A stretch of DNA of 64,000 nucleotides, from the IMG/VR virus record IMGVR_UViG_3300044731_000789, positions 1 through 64,000 of that record. The stretch is one strand, 5' to 3'. Positions 8,737-18,602 of this stretch are shown here, piece by piece. The translations under genes and the position numbers were made by a program. The first letter of the stretch is position 1, and each line of letters begins with the position of its first letter. The notes under the pieces were generated by a model. The model saw only the letters and a list, made by a program, of their open reading frames with translations, searched no databases and was not told where the DNA came from. This DNA comes from a virus.

Positions 8737-10194
8737 ATGGCATTAGATGCAAATATAGTCAGCAATTTAGATGCTGGAAATAACTTAAAGGTTTCATTAC
8801 CGAATACACCAGCACAAGTTGGTAGTATAAGATTGATGTCTGAAAATGATGCAGGGTCTTTGACCGGAAACGCATATCTTCGACCACCAGAAACTTCCAC
8901 CGATTATAGATTACGGGTAGGTATTGACACAGTATTAATGTCAGAAACCTTTAACTTAACAAGTACTACCACAAATTATAACACATGGAAATATACAAAT
9001 AGTACCATGACAGCGGCTGGAACATCTGCAGGTAATATGTCGTTTGGCGTTGTCCAAGGTACTGCATCTGGCCATTATGCTGCCATTCAAAGTTATCAAT
9101 ATTTTCCAGTTATTGGAACTGCACCCCTTGCTGCGGAATTCACTGTTGGTTTGGCTACAGCAACTTTGATAGCAAATGAAGTTGTTTCATGTGGATTTGG
9201 TGTGCCTGGAGCTGGAGTTTTGCCTACTGATGGTGTCTATTTTCAGCTTACATCGGCAGGACTGATCGGTGTTGCAGCGTTTAATAGTTCTATAACACAA
9301 ACTGGCGTGTTGGCAGACATAACTGATTTTGATATTGGGACTTTATATCATTTAATGATTGTTGTAGGTGAACGAACAATAGAATTCTGGAAAGATTCCA
9401 TATTATTAGGGGAACTTAGTATACCAGCAGCAAATGGACAACCATTTATCCAAGGTTCTTTGCCAATATATTGCATGAAACATTGTACTGGTGTAGTTTC
9501 TAATACATGCACATTAAGATTTGCAGACCTTACTGTTTCATTATTAGATATAGCCTGGAATTTACCCTGTTCACATCAACAAGCTATTCAAGGTTTACAT
9601 GCATACCAACAGCAAAACGGTGTAGCAACTGCTGGTACTGTTACTACTAACCAATTTGTTGGTACTATTACAACAGGTTCTACTCCAAATTTACCAACTG
9701 CTGCTGCTGGATCAAATACTGCAGCCAATGCTGTTGGGTTGGGTGGCTGGGGGGCAATCAATGCTGCAGCGGGTGCTGCAACTGATTTTATTGCCACATC
9801 TTTTCAAAATCCAGTACCAACTATAAATTTAACTGGTAGAAATTTGCTGATTACAGGTGTCCATATTTCAGCTATCAATGGTGGTGCTGCTGTTGCAACA
9901 ACTCCTACTACATTGTTATGGTCACTCGCATTTGGCCATACTGCAGTATCGTTACAAACGGCTGAAGCAGCTACAACTCATGCACCAAGACGATACCAAC
10001 TTGGGTTTATGTCTGCCCCTATTGGTGCCGCCATCGGTCAACCTTATAACCAAGATTTACGAATTGACCTTGATGCTCCCCTATGCATTCGTCCAGGCGA
10101 ATTTATCGCCACAGTAATGAAAATCGTTGTTGGTACTGCTACTGCATCACAAACAATTATTTTTAACGTTCGGTTTACTGGTTATTATATCTAA
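8737..10194 (+). CDS. Putative virion protein (beta-sandwich/lectin-like)
   Basis: 485 aa, Ala/Gly/Thr-rich, in a late operon. Confidence 0.6.
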   Translation: MALDANIVSNLDAGNNLKVSLPNTPAQVGSIRLMSENDAGSLTGNAYLRPPETSTDYRLRVGIDTVLMSETFNLTSTTTNYNTWKYTNSTMTAAGTSAGNMSFGVVQGTASGHYAAIQSYQYFPVIGTAPLAAEFTVGLATATLIANEVVSCGFGVPGAGVLPTDGVYFQLTSAGLIGVAAFNSSITQTGVLADITDFDIGTLYHLMIVVGERTIEFWKDSILLGELSIPAANGQPFIQGSLPIYCMKHCTGVVSNTCTLRFADLTVSLLDIAWNLPCSHQQAIQGLHAYQQQNGVATAGTVTTNQFVGTITTGSTPNLPTAAAGSNTAANAVGLGGWGAINAAAGAATDFIATSFQNPVPTINLTGRNLLITGVHISAINGGAAVATTPTTLLWSLAFGHTAVSLQTAEAATTHAPRRYQLGFMSAPIGAAIGQPYNQDLRIDLDAPLCIRPGEFIATVMKIVVGTATASQTIIFNVRFTGYYI

Positions 10195-10201
10195 GTAACC
10201 G

Positions 10202-11512
10202 ATGTCATTATTATTGGCATTAGACACAGGTGCTGGTGTAACTGGCACCTTTGCTTCATCCGAAGCAGCCGATACAATACTTGTCAATGGAACAATTATT
10301 GTACATGGTACTTCTGCCATATCTGAAACTTCTCCTGACACAATCCTTGCCAATGGCAAAATCCTTGTCAAAGGTAATTCTACAATAATAGAACCATCTG
10401 TTGACACAATATCAACAAATGGCAAAGTTATTGTCACAGGGAATAGTTCTGTTTCCGAACAAAATGATTTCATAACATTAACAGGATTTGTTACAACAAA
10501 GGGTTCATTTGGTTTAACTGAATCTAGTTCAGATATATTTTCTGCTATTGGTGTTGGCAAACTTGTTTCATTAGGAACAATTTCTCTATCAGAAAATACC
10601 GATACAATATCATCAATTGGTAAAGTTTTTGTTTCTGGAGCTATCTCTCCAACAGAATCAAATGATATTGTTTCGATTAATGTAAAAAATATTATTTCTG
10701 GACAAATTGGGGCAACCGAGTTGCCAGATGTTGTTTACATTATTGCAAAATCTATTGTTACTGGATATACACAAATTGTTGAAAGTGTGGGTGATACTTG
10801 TTCTGCATCTGGTAATGCACCAATAATTGGTAATTTTTCTGTACAAGAATCCACCACTGATTCCATCAATATTATCGTAAGCAAACCAATTGTTGCAATA
10901 ATTGGTATACAGGAAACCAATGCGGATATTATTCAATTATATGGATATGGAGATTCTGGAAGAAAACAAACATTAGACAAATCATTAGATAGAATAAATA
11001 TAAACTTTTTATCTCCAATAGGATATGTATTTGAGATAGATAGATTACCAAACATTACATTTTTCGTACAAGAATGTGATATACCTGATAAGAGTTTATA
11101 TATAACAGAAATATCAACACCAATATTAGATTATCCAATTATTGGTAATAAATTATCATATCCACCTTTAAAGGTATCCTTTAAAATTGATGAAAAAATG
11201 ATTAATTATAAGGAAATTTTGGAGTGGATGTATGGTATAAATAATCCAGAATCATTGGATAACCATAGGTTATATGCATTGAGCAATATTAATAAATATT
11301 ATAATAAGCATATATCAGATTTTTTAAATTTATTTAGTGATGGTTGGTTGCATATACTGGATAACAATAACAACGAAAATGTTGTATTAAAATTTGTTGA
11401 TATGTTTCCAGTTGAAATATCCGAAATAAATTTTAGCACAAACAAAACAGATGTTAATTATATAACATGTAACATCACTTTTCAATATTCTTATATAGAA
11501 CAAATTAATTAA
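10202..11512 (+). CDS. Repeat-arm protein fused to a C-terminal gp3-like tail completion domain (copy 1)
   Basis: About 21-aa G...E..DT...G repeats, then NFLSPIGYVFEIDRLPN...YKEILEWM...SDGWLHIL...FPV typical of gp3. Confidence 0.75.
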   Translation: MSLLLALDTGAGVTGTFASSEAADTILVNGTIIVHGTSAISETSPDTILANGKILVKGNSTIIEPSVDTISTNGKVIVTGNSSVSEQNDFITLTGFVTTKGSFGLTESSSDIFSAIGVGKLVSLGTISLSENTDTISSIGKVFVSGAISPTESNDIVSINVKNIISGQIGATELPDVVYIIAKSIVTGYTQIVESVGDTCSASGNAPIIGNFSVQESTTDSINIIVSKPIVAIIGIQETNADIIQLYGYGDSGRKQTLDKSLDRININFLSPIGYVFEIDRLPNITFFVQECDIPDKSLYITEISTPILDYPIIGNKLSYPPLKVSFKIDEKMINYKEILEWMYGINNPESLDNHRLYALSNINKYYNKHISDFLNLFSDGWLHILDNNNNENVVLKFVDMFPVEISEINFSTNKTDVNYITCNITFQYSYIEQIN

Positions 11513-11527
11513 TAATAGGAAACAATT

Positions 11528-11917
11528 ATGGCATTAACATATTCAACATCATTAAAAACTGCTCGTATGAACGCAATTGTGACAGCAATTGGTGGTACAG
11601 GTGTATTAGAAATTGGTACAACTGGTATGGCATTAATTTTGGCAACAATTCCTTTGGCTGCAACTGCTGGCACCGTAACTGGTACAAATCCAGTTAAATT
11701 AACATTTACTCCTGGTGGGATGACAGATTCTTCTGCGGATGCTACTGGTACTGCCGCTGCAGCAAGAATTAGAACTGCTCCAACAGGTAGTGGTTCCGAT
11801 GTTATCACTGGCTTAACTGTTGGAACATCTAGTGCAGATATTATTCTTGATAATGTGTCCATCAATGCTGGCCAACAAGTAACCATTTCTTCTGCATTCA
11901 TTGATCATGCTGCATAA
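11528..11917 (+). CDS. Putative virion structural protein
   Basis: ADATGTAAAARI...G.TVGTS.ADIILDN.SI.AGQ.VTI-type small phage virion protein. Confidence 0.65.
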   Translation: MALTYSTSLKTARMNAIVTAIGGTGVLEIGTTGMALILATIPLAATAGTVTGTNPVKLTFTPGGMTDSSADATGTAAAARIRTAPTGSGSDVITGLTVGTSSADIILDNVSINAGQQVTISSAFIDHAA

Positions 11918-11930
11918 TATTAGGTGATAT

Positions 11931-12386
11931 ATGACAATTTTACAAACACTTGCAACAGAGTTAACCACTGGCCCATTGTCCCAAGAAATTGCGCCATATA
12001 TTGCCGATGGCAACGATGGCGCAATTTTGGAAATATTGTCAAGAAAAGATATTCAAAGATTGGGCAGAATTTCTGCCCATGATATCAAACAATATTTCTC
12101 ATTGATTGGTGTCAGAATTCCTATCAAAGATAGTCCTGCAGAATCTTGCAGAGTTGTGTCCCTTGCATTAGAAGATTTTCCAATATTTGATTTAAGAATT
12201 CCTGAAATTCAGGCAACTTTTATATCAATTTTGGACGCATTGGTGGCAGAAACTTTGATTCCAGATTTTACAGAAACACATAAACAAACAATTTTATATT
12301 TGGCAACAGAAACTGTTAGCAGATTGGAAGAAATTGGATTGAATATTTCTATCAACGATATTATACAAGTAAGAGGTTTATTATAA
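11931..12386 (+). CDS. Hypothetical protein (virion cluster)
   Basis: RBS present; coupled to the next gene. Confidence 0.6.
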   Translation: MTILQTLATELTTGPLSQEIAPYIADGNDGAILEILSRKDIQRLGRISAHDIKQYFSLIGVRIPIKDSPAESCRVVSLALEDFPIFDLRIPEIQATFISILDALVAETLIPDFTETHKQTILYLATETVSRLEEIGLNISINDIIQVRGLL

Positions 12387-12835
12387 TGTCAACCGGAAAA
12401 TTATTGCCAACAAGAAGTAGCAATGTATTAACAGCAGAATTTAATGGCATATTAAATGGATATTATGCGGTAAGCCCAGCTATTGATATTTCAGCAATTG
12501 ATCCAGTAGATTTGGTAATTGAACTTGCTATTACTCCAGGCACTGTATCTGGAGATAAGGCAGTATATGTTTATGCAAAAGTTGCGATGGATGGTACAAC
12601 ATATTCAACTGGACCAGAAGGATCAAATGCTACTACCGATGAAGCTAATTTGTTTTATGTTGGATATTTGCCATTAAATACCAATGCTACACTGCAACGA
12701 GGTTCATATAATCTTCGGCAGGCAATTGGATTCATTCCTCCAGCATTTAAAATTGTTATTAAAAACTCAACCGGAACCACTCTAGGCACAGGTAGCACTC
12801 TACATTACATCACGTATTTGGCGGATATTGCTTAA
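12386..12835 (+). CDS. Putative virion structural protein
   Basis: Beta-rich; coupled to the LamG/gp3 gene. Confidence 0.6.
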   Translation: MSTGKLLPTRSSNVLTAEFNGILNGYYAVSPAIDISAIDPVDLVIELAITPGTVSGDKAVYVYAKVAMDGTTYSTGPEGSNATTDEANLFYVGYLPLNTNATLQRGSYNLRQAIGFIPPAFKIVIKNSTGTTLGTGSTLHYITYLADIA

Positions 12836-14917
12836 ATGTCATTGCTTATACTGCCTGAAAAGCATATTAGACAACCAGCAAAATATCAGATTAGCAAATC
12901 TGATATAACCAAAAAACTATACTTTGCTTTAGATGTACATAATTTATGTGATGCGGTTAGGGGACTAAAACCAACATATATTAATAGTTCAAAACGTGGA
13001 ACATCGCAGGGAATAGGCTTAAGCACTGTTACCGGCAACACTGGATTACAGTTTGCAACTGGCATCCCAACAAGTAACGGCAGTTATACCGGAGATTTTG
13101 CATTACATATCATTGCATACCCTGATACGGCGTTAGGGGCTTTGATACAAACAATTATACCAAATAACCCGTATTCACAAACTGGTATATATGTAAATGC
13201 TGCTGATTATAGTTACTTTTATAACCAGTTGGGTTTTGAAAGCTATAGTGGCGGTTCAGAACACGTGCAGGCGGCTGATGCTGTTGGAACGGGTATTAGG
13301 CATTATGTCGCCACTAGAATAGGCACAACATCATATTTGTATGCTAATGGTGTATTGGTTGCGTCAGGCACGATTAAACAAGAGATTTCGGGCAGCAATG
13401 CATCTTTAACAATAGGTGGGGGGTTATCAAGCGACAGCAGGTTTCCTTGTCGATTCCCGATCATTGCTGCAAACGTATGGAATCGAGGGCTAACGGCGGC
13501 TGAGGTAAAATCTTTATTTGTAAACCCTTGGCAGATTTTCGAGCCAGATAATTTAATAATACCTTTTTCATCCTCTTCAAATGGTACAATTTCAGGAACT
13601 TTTACATCAACAGAATCTGCAGACACCTTTGCATCGAATGGAACAATTCTTGTCAGAGGTTCCTCTGCAATATCTGAACCAGTATCAGATACAATTGTAT
13701 TTAATGGTAAAACTCTTGTAACAGGAACATTTGAACTACAAGAAACTAATGTTGATTCCATATCTGTAAATGGTAAGGTAAAAATTTCTGGCCAGATATC
13801 TGGCACAGATGTTACAGATACTATTACATCAAATGGTAAAGTTCTTGTCAATGGTTCATTTGGATTACAAGAACCAATTGGAGACACAGGATCGTTTAAT
13901 GCTGGTTCCAGTACAACTGGATCATTTATTGGCCAGGAAACTGGCCCAGATATTGTATCAGCAAATGGTAGAGTAAAAGTATCTGGGACATTTAACAAAC
14001 AGGAAAATTCTGATCCTATTTCTGTATTAGGAAATGTAAAAATTTCTGGTACAATGATTGGAACAGAAATTGGTTCAGACGTTGTATCTATTATTGGTGG
14101 AAGTACATTTGGTGGACATCTTGGTGCATCAGAATTGCCAGATGTTATATCCATATATGGTAATACCAAAATTAGTGGATATAGTCAGCTTGCAGAAGTT
14201 GGTGCAGATATTGCACATGCAACAGGGAATGTGAAAATTTCTGGTGTTATTAGTGCACCAGAAATTAACAAAGATTCTATTCATATCTATGGCTATAGTG
14301 CGCCAGTTACTGGCACAATTGGTGCCCAAGAAGAATCAGATAGTATTCAAGTGTATGGATACAATGGTTCCCAAAGGCAACAAAAATTAGACAAAGTATT
14401 TGACAGGTATGATTTAAACTTCTTGTCCCCAACAGGGTTTATTTTGGAGATAGACAAGATTCCTAACACTATGTTCTCATGTGTAGAGGTAAACCTGCCA
14501 AATTTGGCCTCTCCTGTCGCCACTGTGGCTACTCCAATGTTGAACTACCCGATACCAGGGTATAAGATCAACTATGGCACCATGGTAGCTAAATTTGTCG
14601 TATTTGAGGATATGTCAAATTACAAAGAATTGGTAAAATGGTTAGAGAGTATGGCAAACCCAATATCATTGTTCAATAATGATTCATTTGTTGAACAATA
14701 CAGAAGAATGATGGCACCATCGACAACCATTTCTAGCAATTATTCTGATGCAACATTGTCAATCTTGGATAACAACAATAATCCAAATAATCACATACGA
14801 ATTGTTGACCTGTTTCCAGTTAGTGTTGGTGACATAACATTGGCATCAAATTTAACCAATGTCAGTTACAACACATGCACAGCAACATTCGAACTTTCCT
14901 ACTTCAATTTTGTTTAA
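12836..14917 (+). CDS. LamG-like domain + repeat arm + gp3-like tail completion domain (copy 2)
   Basis: HYVATR....LYANGVLV....VWNRGLTAAEV...NPWQIF (LamG), the same repeats as 10202, then NFLSPTGFILEIDKIPN...YSDATLSIL...LFP (gp3); gp3 position upstream of uvsY. Confidence 0.8.
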   Translation: MSLLILPEKHIRQPAKYQISKSDITKKLYFALDVHNLCDAVRGLKPTYINSSKRGTSQGIGLSTVTGNTGLQFATGIPTSNGSYTGDFALHIIAYPDTALGALIQTIIPNNPYSQTGIYVNAADYSYFYNQLGFESYSGGSEHVQAADAVGTGIRHYVATRIGTTSYLYANGVLVASGTIKQEISGSNASLTIGGGLSSDSRFPCRFPIIAANVWNRGLTAAEVKSLFVNPWQIFEPDNLIIPFSSSSNGTISGTFTSTESADTFASNGTILVRGSSAISEPVSDTIVFNGKTLVTGTFELQETNVDSISVNGKVKISGQISGTDVTDTITSNGKVLVNGSFGLQEPIGDTGSFNAGSSTTGSFIGQETGPDIVSANGRVKVSGTFNKQENSDPISVLGNVKISGTMIGTEIGSDVVSIIGGSTFGGHLGASELPDVISIYGNTKISGYSQLAEVGADIAHATGNVKISGVISAPEINKDSIHIYGYSAPVTGTIGAQEESDSIQVYGYNGSQRQQKLDKVFDRYDLNFLSPTGFILEIDKIPNTMFSCVEVNLPNLASPVATVATPMLNYPIPGYKINYGTMVAKFVVFEDMSNYKELVKWLESMANPISLFNNDSFVEQYRRMMAPSTTISSNYSDATLSILDNNNNPNNHIRIVDLFPVSVGDITLASNLTNVSYNTCTATFELSYFNFV

Positions 14918-14935
14918 AAATTTTTAAAATAAAAC

Positions 14936-14964
14936 TTGACAGATTTCAAAAGTTGTGATACAAT
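14936..14964 (+). promoter_or_regulatory. Sigma70-type promoter
   Basis: TTGACA-17-TACAAT with extended TG. Confidence 0.7.
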
Positions 14965-15127
14965 ACCATTGTTGGTGCCGGATTGGTAACATATTGGTTA
15001 TACAATATGTATACATATGGAACCAATTGGTTAGGTTGACCTAACAAAATTTGGTTCTAAATGGATCAATACAAATGAAACATACATGCGTAGCATATCC
15101 CCTACGGGGATGTTTGTTAAACAGTTG

Positions 15128-15156
15128 TTGACATGAGCAAACATTTTTGATATTAT
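15128..15156 (+). promoter_or_regulatory. Sigma70-type promoter (uvsY, probably leaderless)
   Basis: TTGACA-17-TATTAT with extended TG; ATG 8 nt downstream. Confidence 0.7.
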
Positions 15157-15164
15157 GGTTACAT

Positions 15165-15602
15165 ATGAAATTGACAGAGATTAGAACAGAGTGGGAAAAA
15201 GATAGTGTCATCGATGACCTAAAGATTGGTGACGAAGCAATCAAAAATTCCAAACTTCATTCTAAATATTTGGGAGAATTGATTGAATACAAAATGAAAT
15301 TGGCTCAACACAAATCTGATTACAAACTTTTGAGACAAGTAAAATTTCGGTACTATCGTGGCGAGTTAACTCGCGAAGAATTGGCACAATACGAATTGCC
15401 CCAATATCAAGGTCCAAAACATTTGAAAAATGAAATGGGTGAAATATTGGATGGTGACAAAGATTTGCTTGATATTTTGAAAAAAATCGAGTATTGTGAA
15501 ATAACTATCTCTACACTAGAATCAATTATTAAATCTATTTTTTCCAGAGGATTTGATATCAAAAATCATATAGACTTTGAAAAATTTAGAAGTGGATACT
15601 AA
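15165..15602 (+). CDS. uvsY: Recombination mediator
   Basis: EWEKDSVID...LHSKYL...KFRYYRG...RGFDIKNHIDFEKF. Confidence 0.9.
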   Translation: MKLTEIRTEWEKDSVIDDLKIGDEAIKNSKLHSKYLGELIEYKMKLAQHKSDYKLLRQVKFRYYRGELTREELAQYELPQYQGPKHLKNEMGEILDGDKDLLDILKKIEYCEITISTLESIIKSIFSRGFDIKNHIDFEKFRSGY

Positions 15603-15824
15603 TTTTTAACAACAACTCAGAAACATTATGGCATTAAAAGAAAGTAACAAAAACCGAAAGAAAAAAGTGGAACCAACTGTTGAAGTATATGAACCAGTTA
15701 TTCAAACAGATTCAACCATTGGTTGGGTTTTTATTATTTGTTTAGTCTTGGCATTTTTTGCTGCAATGTAATTATACAAATATGATCATAAATAGTTGGA
15801 ATATTCAGAAATGTTATTCCAACT

Positions 15825-17330
15825 ATGTCAAATTATTTTTCTGCAACAATCACAAAAATTAATGAAGTTTTTATCCAAGTAGATTGTGAGCCATCATTGG
15901 CTGCAGAACTATATCACCATTTCTCATTCAAAATTCCTGGTGCAGAATTTCATCCAAAAGTTAAGGCAAGGATTTGGGATGGGTTTCTACATTTGTTCAA
16001 TGTTCGTGAAAGAAAAATATATGCAGGACTTTTTCACCAACTTGTGCAGTACCTGCAAGAGAATGGATACACATATCGTGTACAAGATAATGGCTACTAT
16101 GGCCGAATAGATGAAGAAACCAATATTGATCTACAAGATTTCAAAAATTGGGTAAAAACTATTTCTCTACAATCCCATGGTAAAAAGATTGAGCCAAGAG
16201 ATTTTCAAATACTATCTGCATTTGAATCAATAAAATATAAAAGGTTGGTAAACGTTTCGCCAACATCATCTGGCAAAAGTTTAATTTTATATATAATTTT
16301 CATGTATCTTTTGGAACATGAGTTGTGTACAAAAATTTTATTAATATTTCCATCTACAGGATTGATACAACAGATGGCAAATGATTTTAGTGACTATTCT
16401 GGTGGAAAAATTTCTACAGATACTGTTATTCATTTGATATATTCTGGACAAGATAAAAAATCTTGTAAACCAATTCATTTTTCAACTTTTCAAAGTTTAT
16501 ATAAATTGCCTGGGTCATTTTATGACACATATGATTGTGTCGCAGGCGACGAAATTCATTTGGCCCAATCTTCATCTTATGTAAAAATTTTGGAAAATTG
16601 TAGAGATATTAAATACAGATTTGGATTTACTGGAACACTTTCGTCAAAAAATAAAACCCACAGATTGGTTGTCCAAGGTTTGCTTGGTCAAGCAAAACAG
16701 TTTACCACTACTGCAGAATTAATTGAAAGAAAAGAGGCATCAGATATTCAAATTACTTGTGTAATATTGGATTATTCAGATGAAACAAAATCAGCAAACA
16801 AGAAAACAAAATATGCGCAAGAATTTGCATTGATATGCAACCATGTGCGCAGAAATGCTTTTATCAAAAAATTGGCAATAGATTTGTCTGGAAATACTTT
16901 GATACTTTTTCAACATAAAGAACAGGGAAAATTGTTGTACAATATGATCAAAGAAGAGTATGACAAAGTTTTTTATATTGATGGAGACATACTGGCCACA
17001 GAAAGGGAGAAAATACGCCAATATTTGGAGACAGTGGATGACGCAATCATTTTGGCTAGTTATGGTACAACTTCTACTGGATGGAGCGTGAGGAACCTCC
17101 ACAACGGTATTTTTGCATCACCATACAAATCTGAAATAAAAGTGTTACAAAGTTTGGGAAGAGGTTTAAGGAAACATGATTCCAAAGAAGAGTTCAAATT
17201 ATATGACATAGTTGATGACCTATCTTGGAAAAATAGGGAAAATTATACATTGCAGCACTTTGCTGAAAGAGTTGGTTATTATGCCAAAGATTCTTTACCA
17301 TATAAAATAATTAGGGTAAAAATAGAATAA
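15825..17330 (+). CDS. uvsW: SF2 DNA helicase
   Basis: WDGFLHLF, SPTSSGKS, GDEIH, RFGFTGT, LQSLGRGLR. Confidence 0.95.
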   Translation: MSNYFSATITKINEVFIQVDCEPSLAAELYHHFSFKIPGAEFHPKVKARIWDGFLHLFNVRERKIYAGLFHQLVQYLQENGYTYRVQDNGYYGRIDEETNIDLQDFKNWVKTISLQSHGKKIEPRDFQILSAFESIKYKRLVNVSPTSSGKSLILYIIFMYLLEHELCTKILLIFPSTGLIQQMANDFSDYSGGKISTDTVIHLIYSGQDKKSCKPIHFSTFQSLYKLPGSFYDTYDCVAGDEIHLAQSSSYVKILENCRDIKYRFGFTGTLSSKNKTHRLVVQGLLGQAKQFTTTAELIERKEASDIQITCVILDYSDETKSANKKTKYAQEFALICNHVRRNAFIKKLAIDLSGNTLILFQHKEQGKLLYNMIKEEYDKVFYIDGDILATEREKIRQYLETVDDAIILASYGTTSTGWSVRNLHNGIFASPYKSEIKVLQSLGRGLRKHDSKEEFKLYDIVDDLSWKNRENYTLQHFAERVGYYAKDSLPYKIIRVKIE

Positions 17331-17388
17331 CACCTTGAAATATGTTATTTCACTATTATAGTTACAGGAATAAACTAATTGGTGAAAT

Positions 17389-17742
17389 ATGGATAAGAAT
17401 GAAACAATTGTTTTAAATATTCATTTAAAAAATGGTGTTCAATTGATTGGAGAAATGGAATATTCTGATGAACATTCTACAGGAATTCTTAGACCAATTG
17501 AAATCAGAAAAAGACCGTCATTCGGTAAAAATGGTGTATATGAAGTAATTACAACTTCTCCATTTTTATTAATGTCTGATTCATTTTTGTGTTCTATTCC
17601 ATCTTCAGAAATATTGGTACGAGGATGGTTACATGAAGATTTGTATGAAATGTACACAAAGTTAGCTTCAAAATATTATATGGATGTTTCTGAAATTATG
17701 GAAACAGATTTGCCCGACGAAGATAAAGGAACAATGCATTGA
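17389..17742 (+). CDS. Sm-like hypothetical protein
   Basis: IHLKNGVQLIGE start; usual T4-like slot between uvsW and gp55. Confidence 0.6.
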   Translation: MDKNETIVLNIHLKNGVQLIGEMEYSDEHSTGILRPIEIRKRPSFGKNGVYEVITTSPFLLMSDSFLCSIPSSEILVRGWLHEDLYEMYTKLASKYYMDVSEIMETDLPDEDKGTMH

Positions 17743-18386
17743 TAGCAGAAATTCAAAATGCCAAAAAAGCCAAAGACATTTATGTAGACAATGAAAGATT
17801 TGCTGCAGAATATGATAAATGGATAACAGAAGTTCACCATGCTCGTGCAAATGGTCTAAAAGACCCAAGAATTACAGAATATCTTGGGGAATGTATTTTA
17901 AAAATTTGTACAAGATTAACCTATATGCCATCATTTTACAACTATAGTTGGAAAAATGAATTTATTACAAATGCTATAGAAAATTGTATTAAATATTTTG
18001 ATCGATATGATAAAAATGCCATTTCAAAAAGAACTGGTAAAAAAACTGCTGGACCGTTTTCATATTTTACAACTATTGCATATTGGGCGTTTGTTCGCAC
18101 AATTTTGATAGAGAAAAAAGAATTGAAGAAAAAGCAGAAATATATTTCTCAATTGTCTTCAGTGATTACAGAAATTAGAGAATATGATTCTGAAGAATTT
18201 GACAATGAATATATAAATTATTTGAAACGGATGTTGGATGAAGATTTTTCGGGTGACGAAAAAAATGGTGAAAAGTTGAAAAAAGATGTTGACAATTTGG
18301 AAGAAGATGATATACTGGATATCATTGAATTGGACAAAGATTTGGCACTGGAAGTGTTGGAATATGATGAAGATGAAATTTTTTAG
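17739..18386 (+). CDS. gp55: Late transcription sigma factor
   Basis: YVDNERF, YLGECILKI, F.NYSW..EFI..AIENC, PFSYFTTIAYWAFVR.I..EKK. Confidence 0.93.
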   Translation: MIAEIQNAKKAKDIYVDNERFAAEYDKWITEVHHARANGLKDPRITEYLGECILKICTRLTYMPSFYNYSWKNEFITNAIENCIKYFDRYDKNAISKRTGKKTAGPFSYFTTIAYWAFVRTILIEKKELKKKQKYISQLSSVITEIREYDSEEFDNEYINYLKRMLDEDFSGDEKNGEKLKKDVDNLEEDDILDIIELDKDLALEVLEYDEDEIF

Positions 18387-18412
18387 TATAATCTGTTATA
18401 CTAGTACAACCG

Positions 18413-18420
18413 TATAAATA
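18413..18420 (+). promoter_or_regulatory. Late promoter upstream of the RNA genes
   Basis: TATAAATA. Confidence 0.65.
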
Positions 18421-18429
18421 GATATAAAT

Positions 18430-18524
18430 TCCAGGTAGTGTTACCATGGGAGCCAAGCAATGGGTGGTCGCTCCACCCCGCAAACGTCAGCGTCAGGCGT
18501 GACATTGGGAGAGATACCAGACCA
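18430..18524 (+). ncRNA. Structured CCA-terminated RNA of unknown family
   Basis: GC-rich, no ORF; GGTA/TACC closing stem, GGGTGG/CCACCC and GTCA/TGAC hairpins; ends ACCA 5 nt before a tRNA. Confidence 0.5.
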
Positions 18525-18529
18525 ATTAT

Positions 18530-18602
18530 TGCGGGGTAGTAGAAAAGTGCTATGCAAGGCTCATAACCTTGAGAACCGGAGCGTTACCGGCGACCGCTAC
18601 CA
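18530..18602 (+). tRNA. Atypical tRNA-Met(CAT), fMet-like
   Basis: Anticodon arm CAAGG-CTCATAA-CCTTG; T arm CCGG-AGCGTTA-CCGG; acceptor GCGG/CCGC with a 1:72 mismatch; encoded CCA. Confidence 0.65.

Noticed and set aside
13303-14169. 288-aa antisense ORF (also 41239-41736 and similar)
   Set aside because: Shadow frames of Gly/Thr/Ser-rich structural genes
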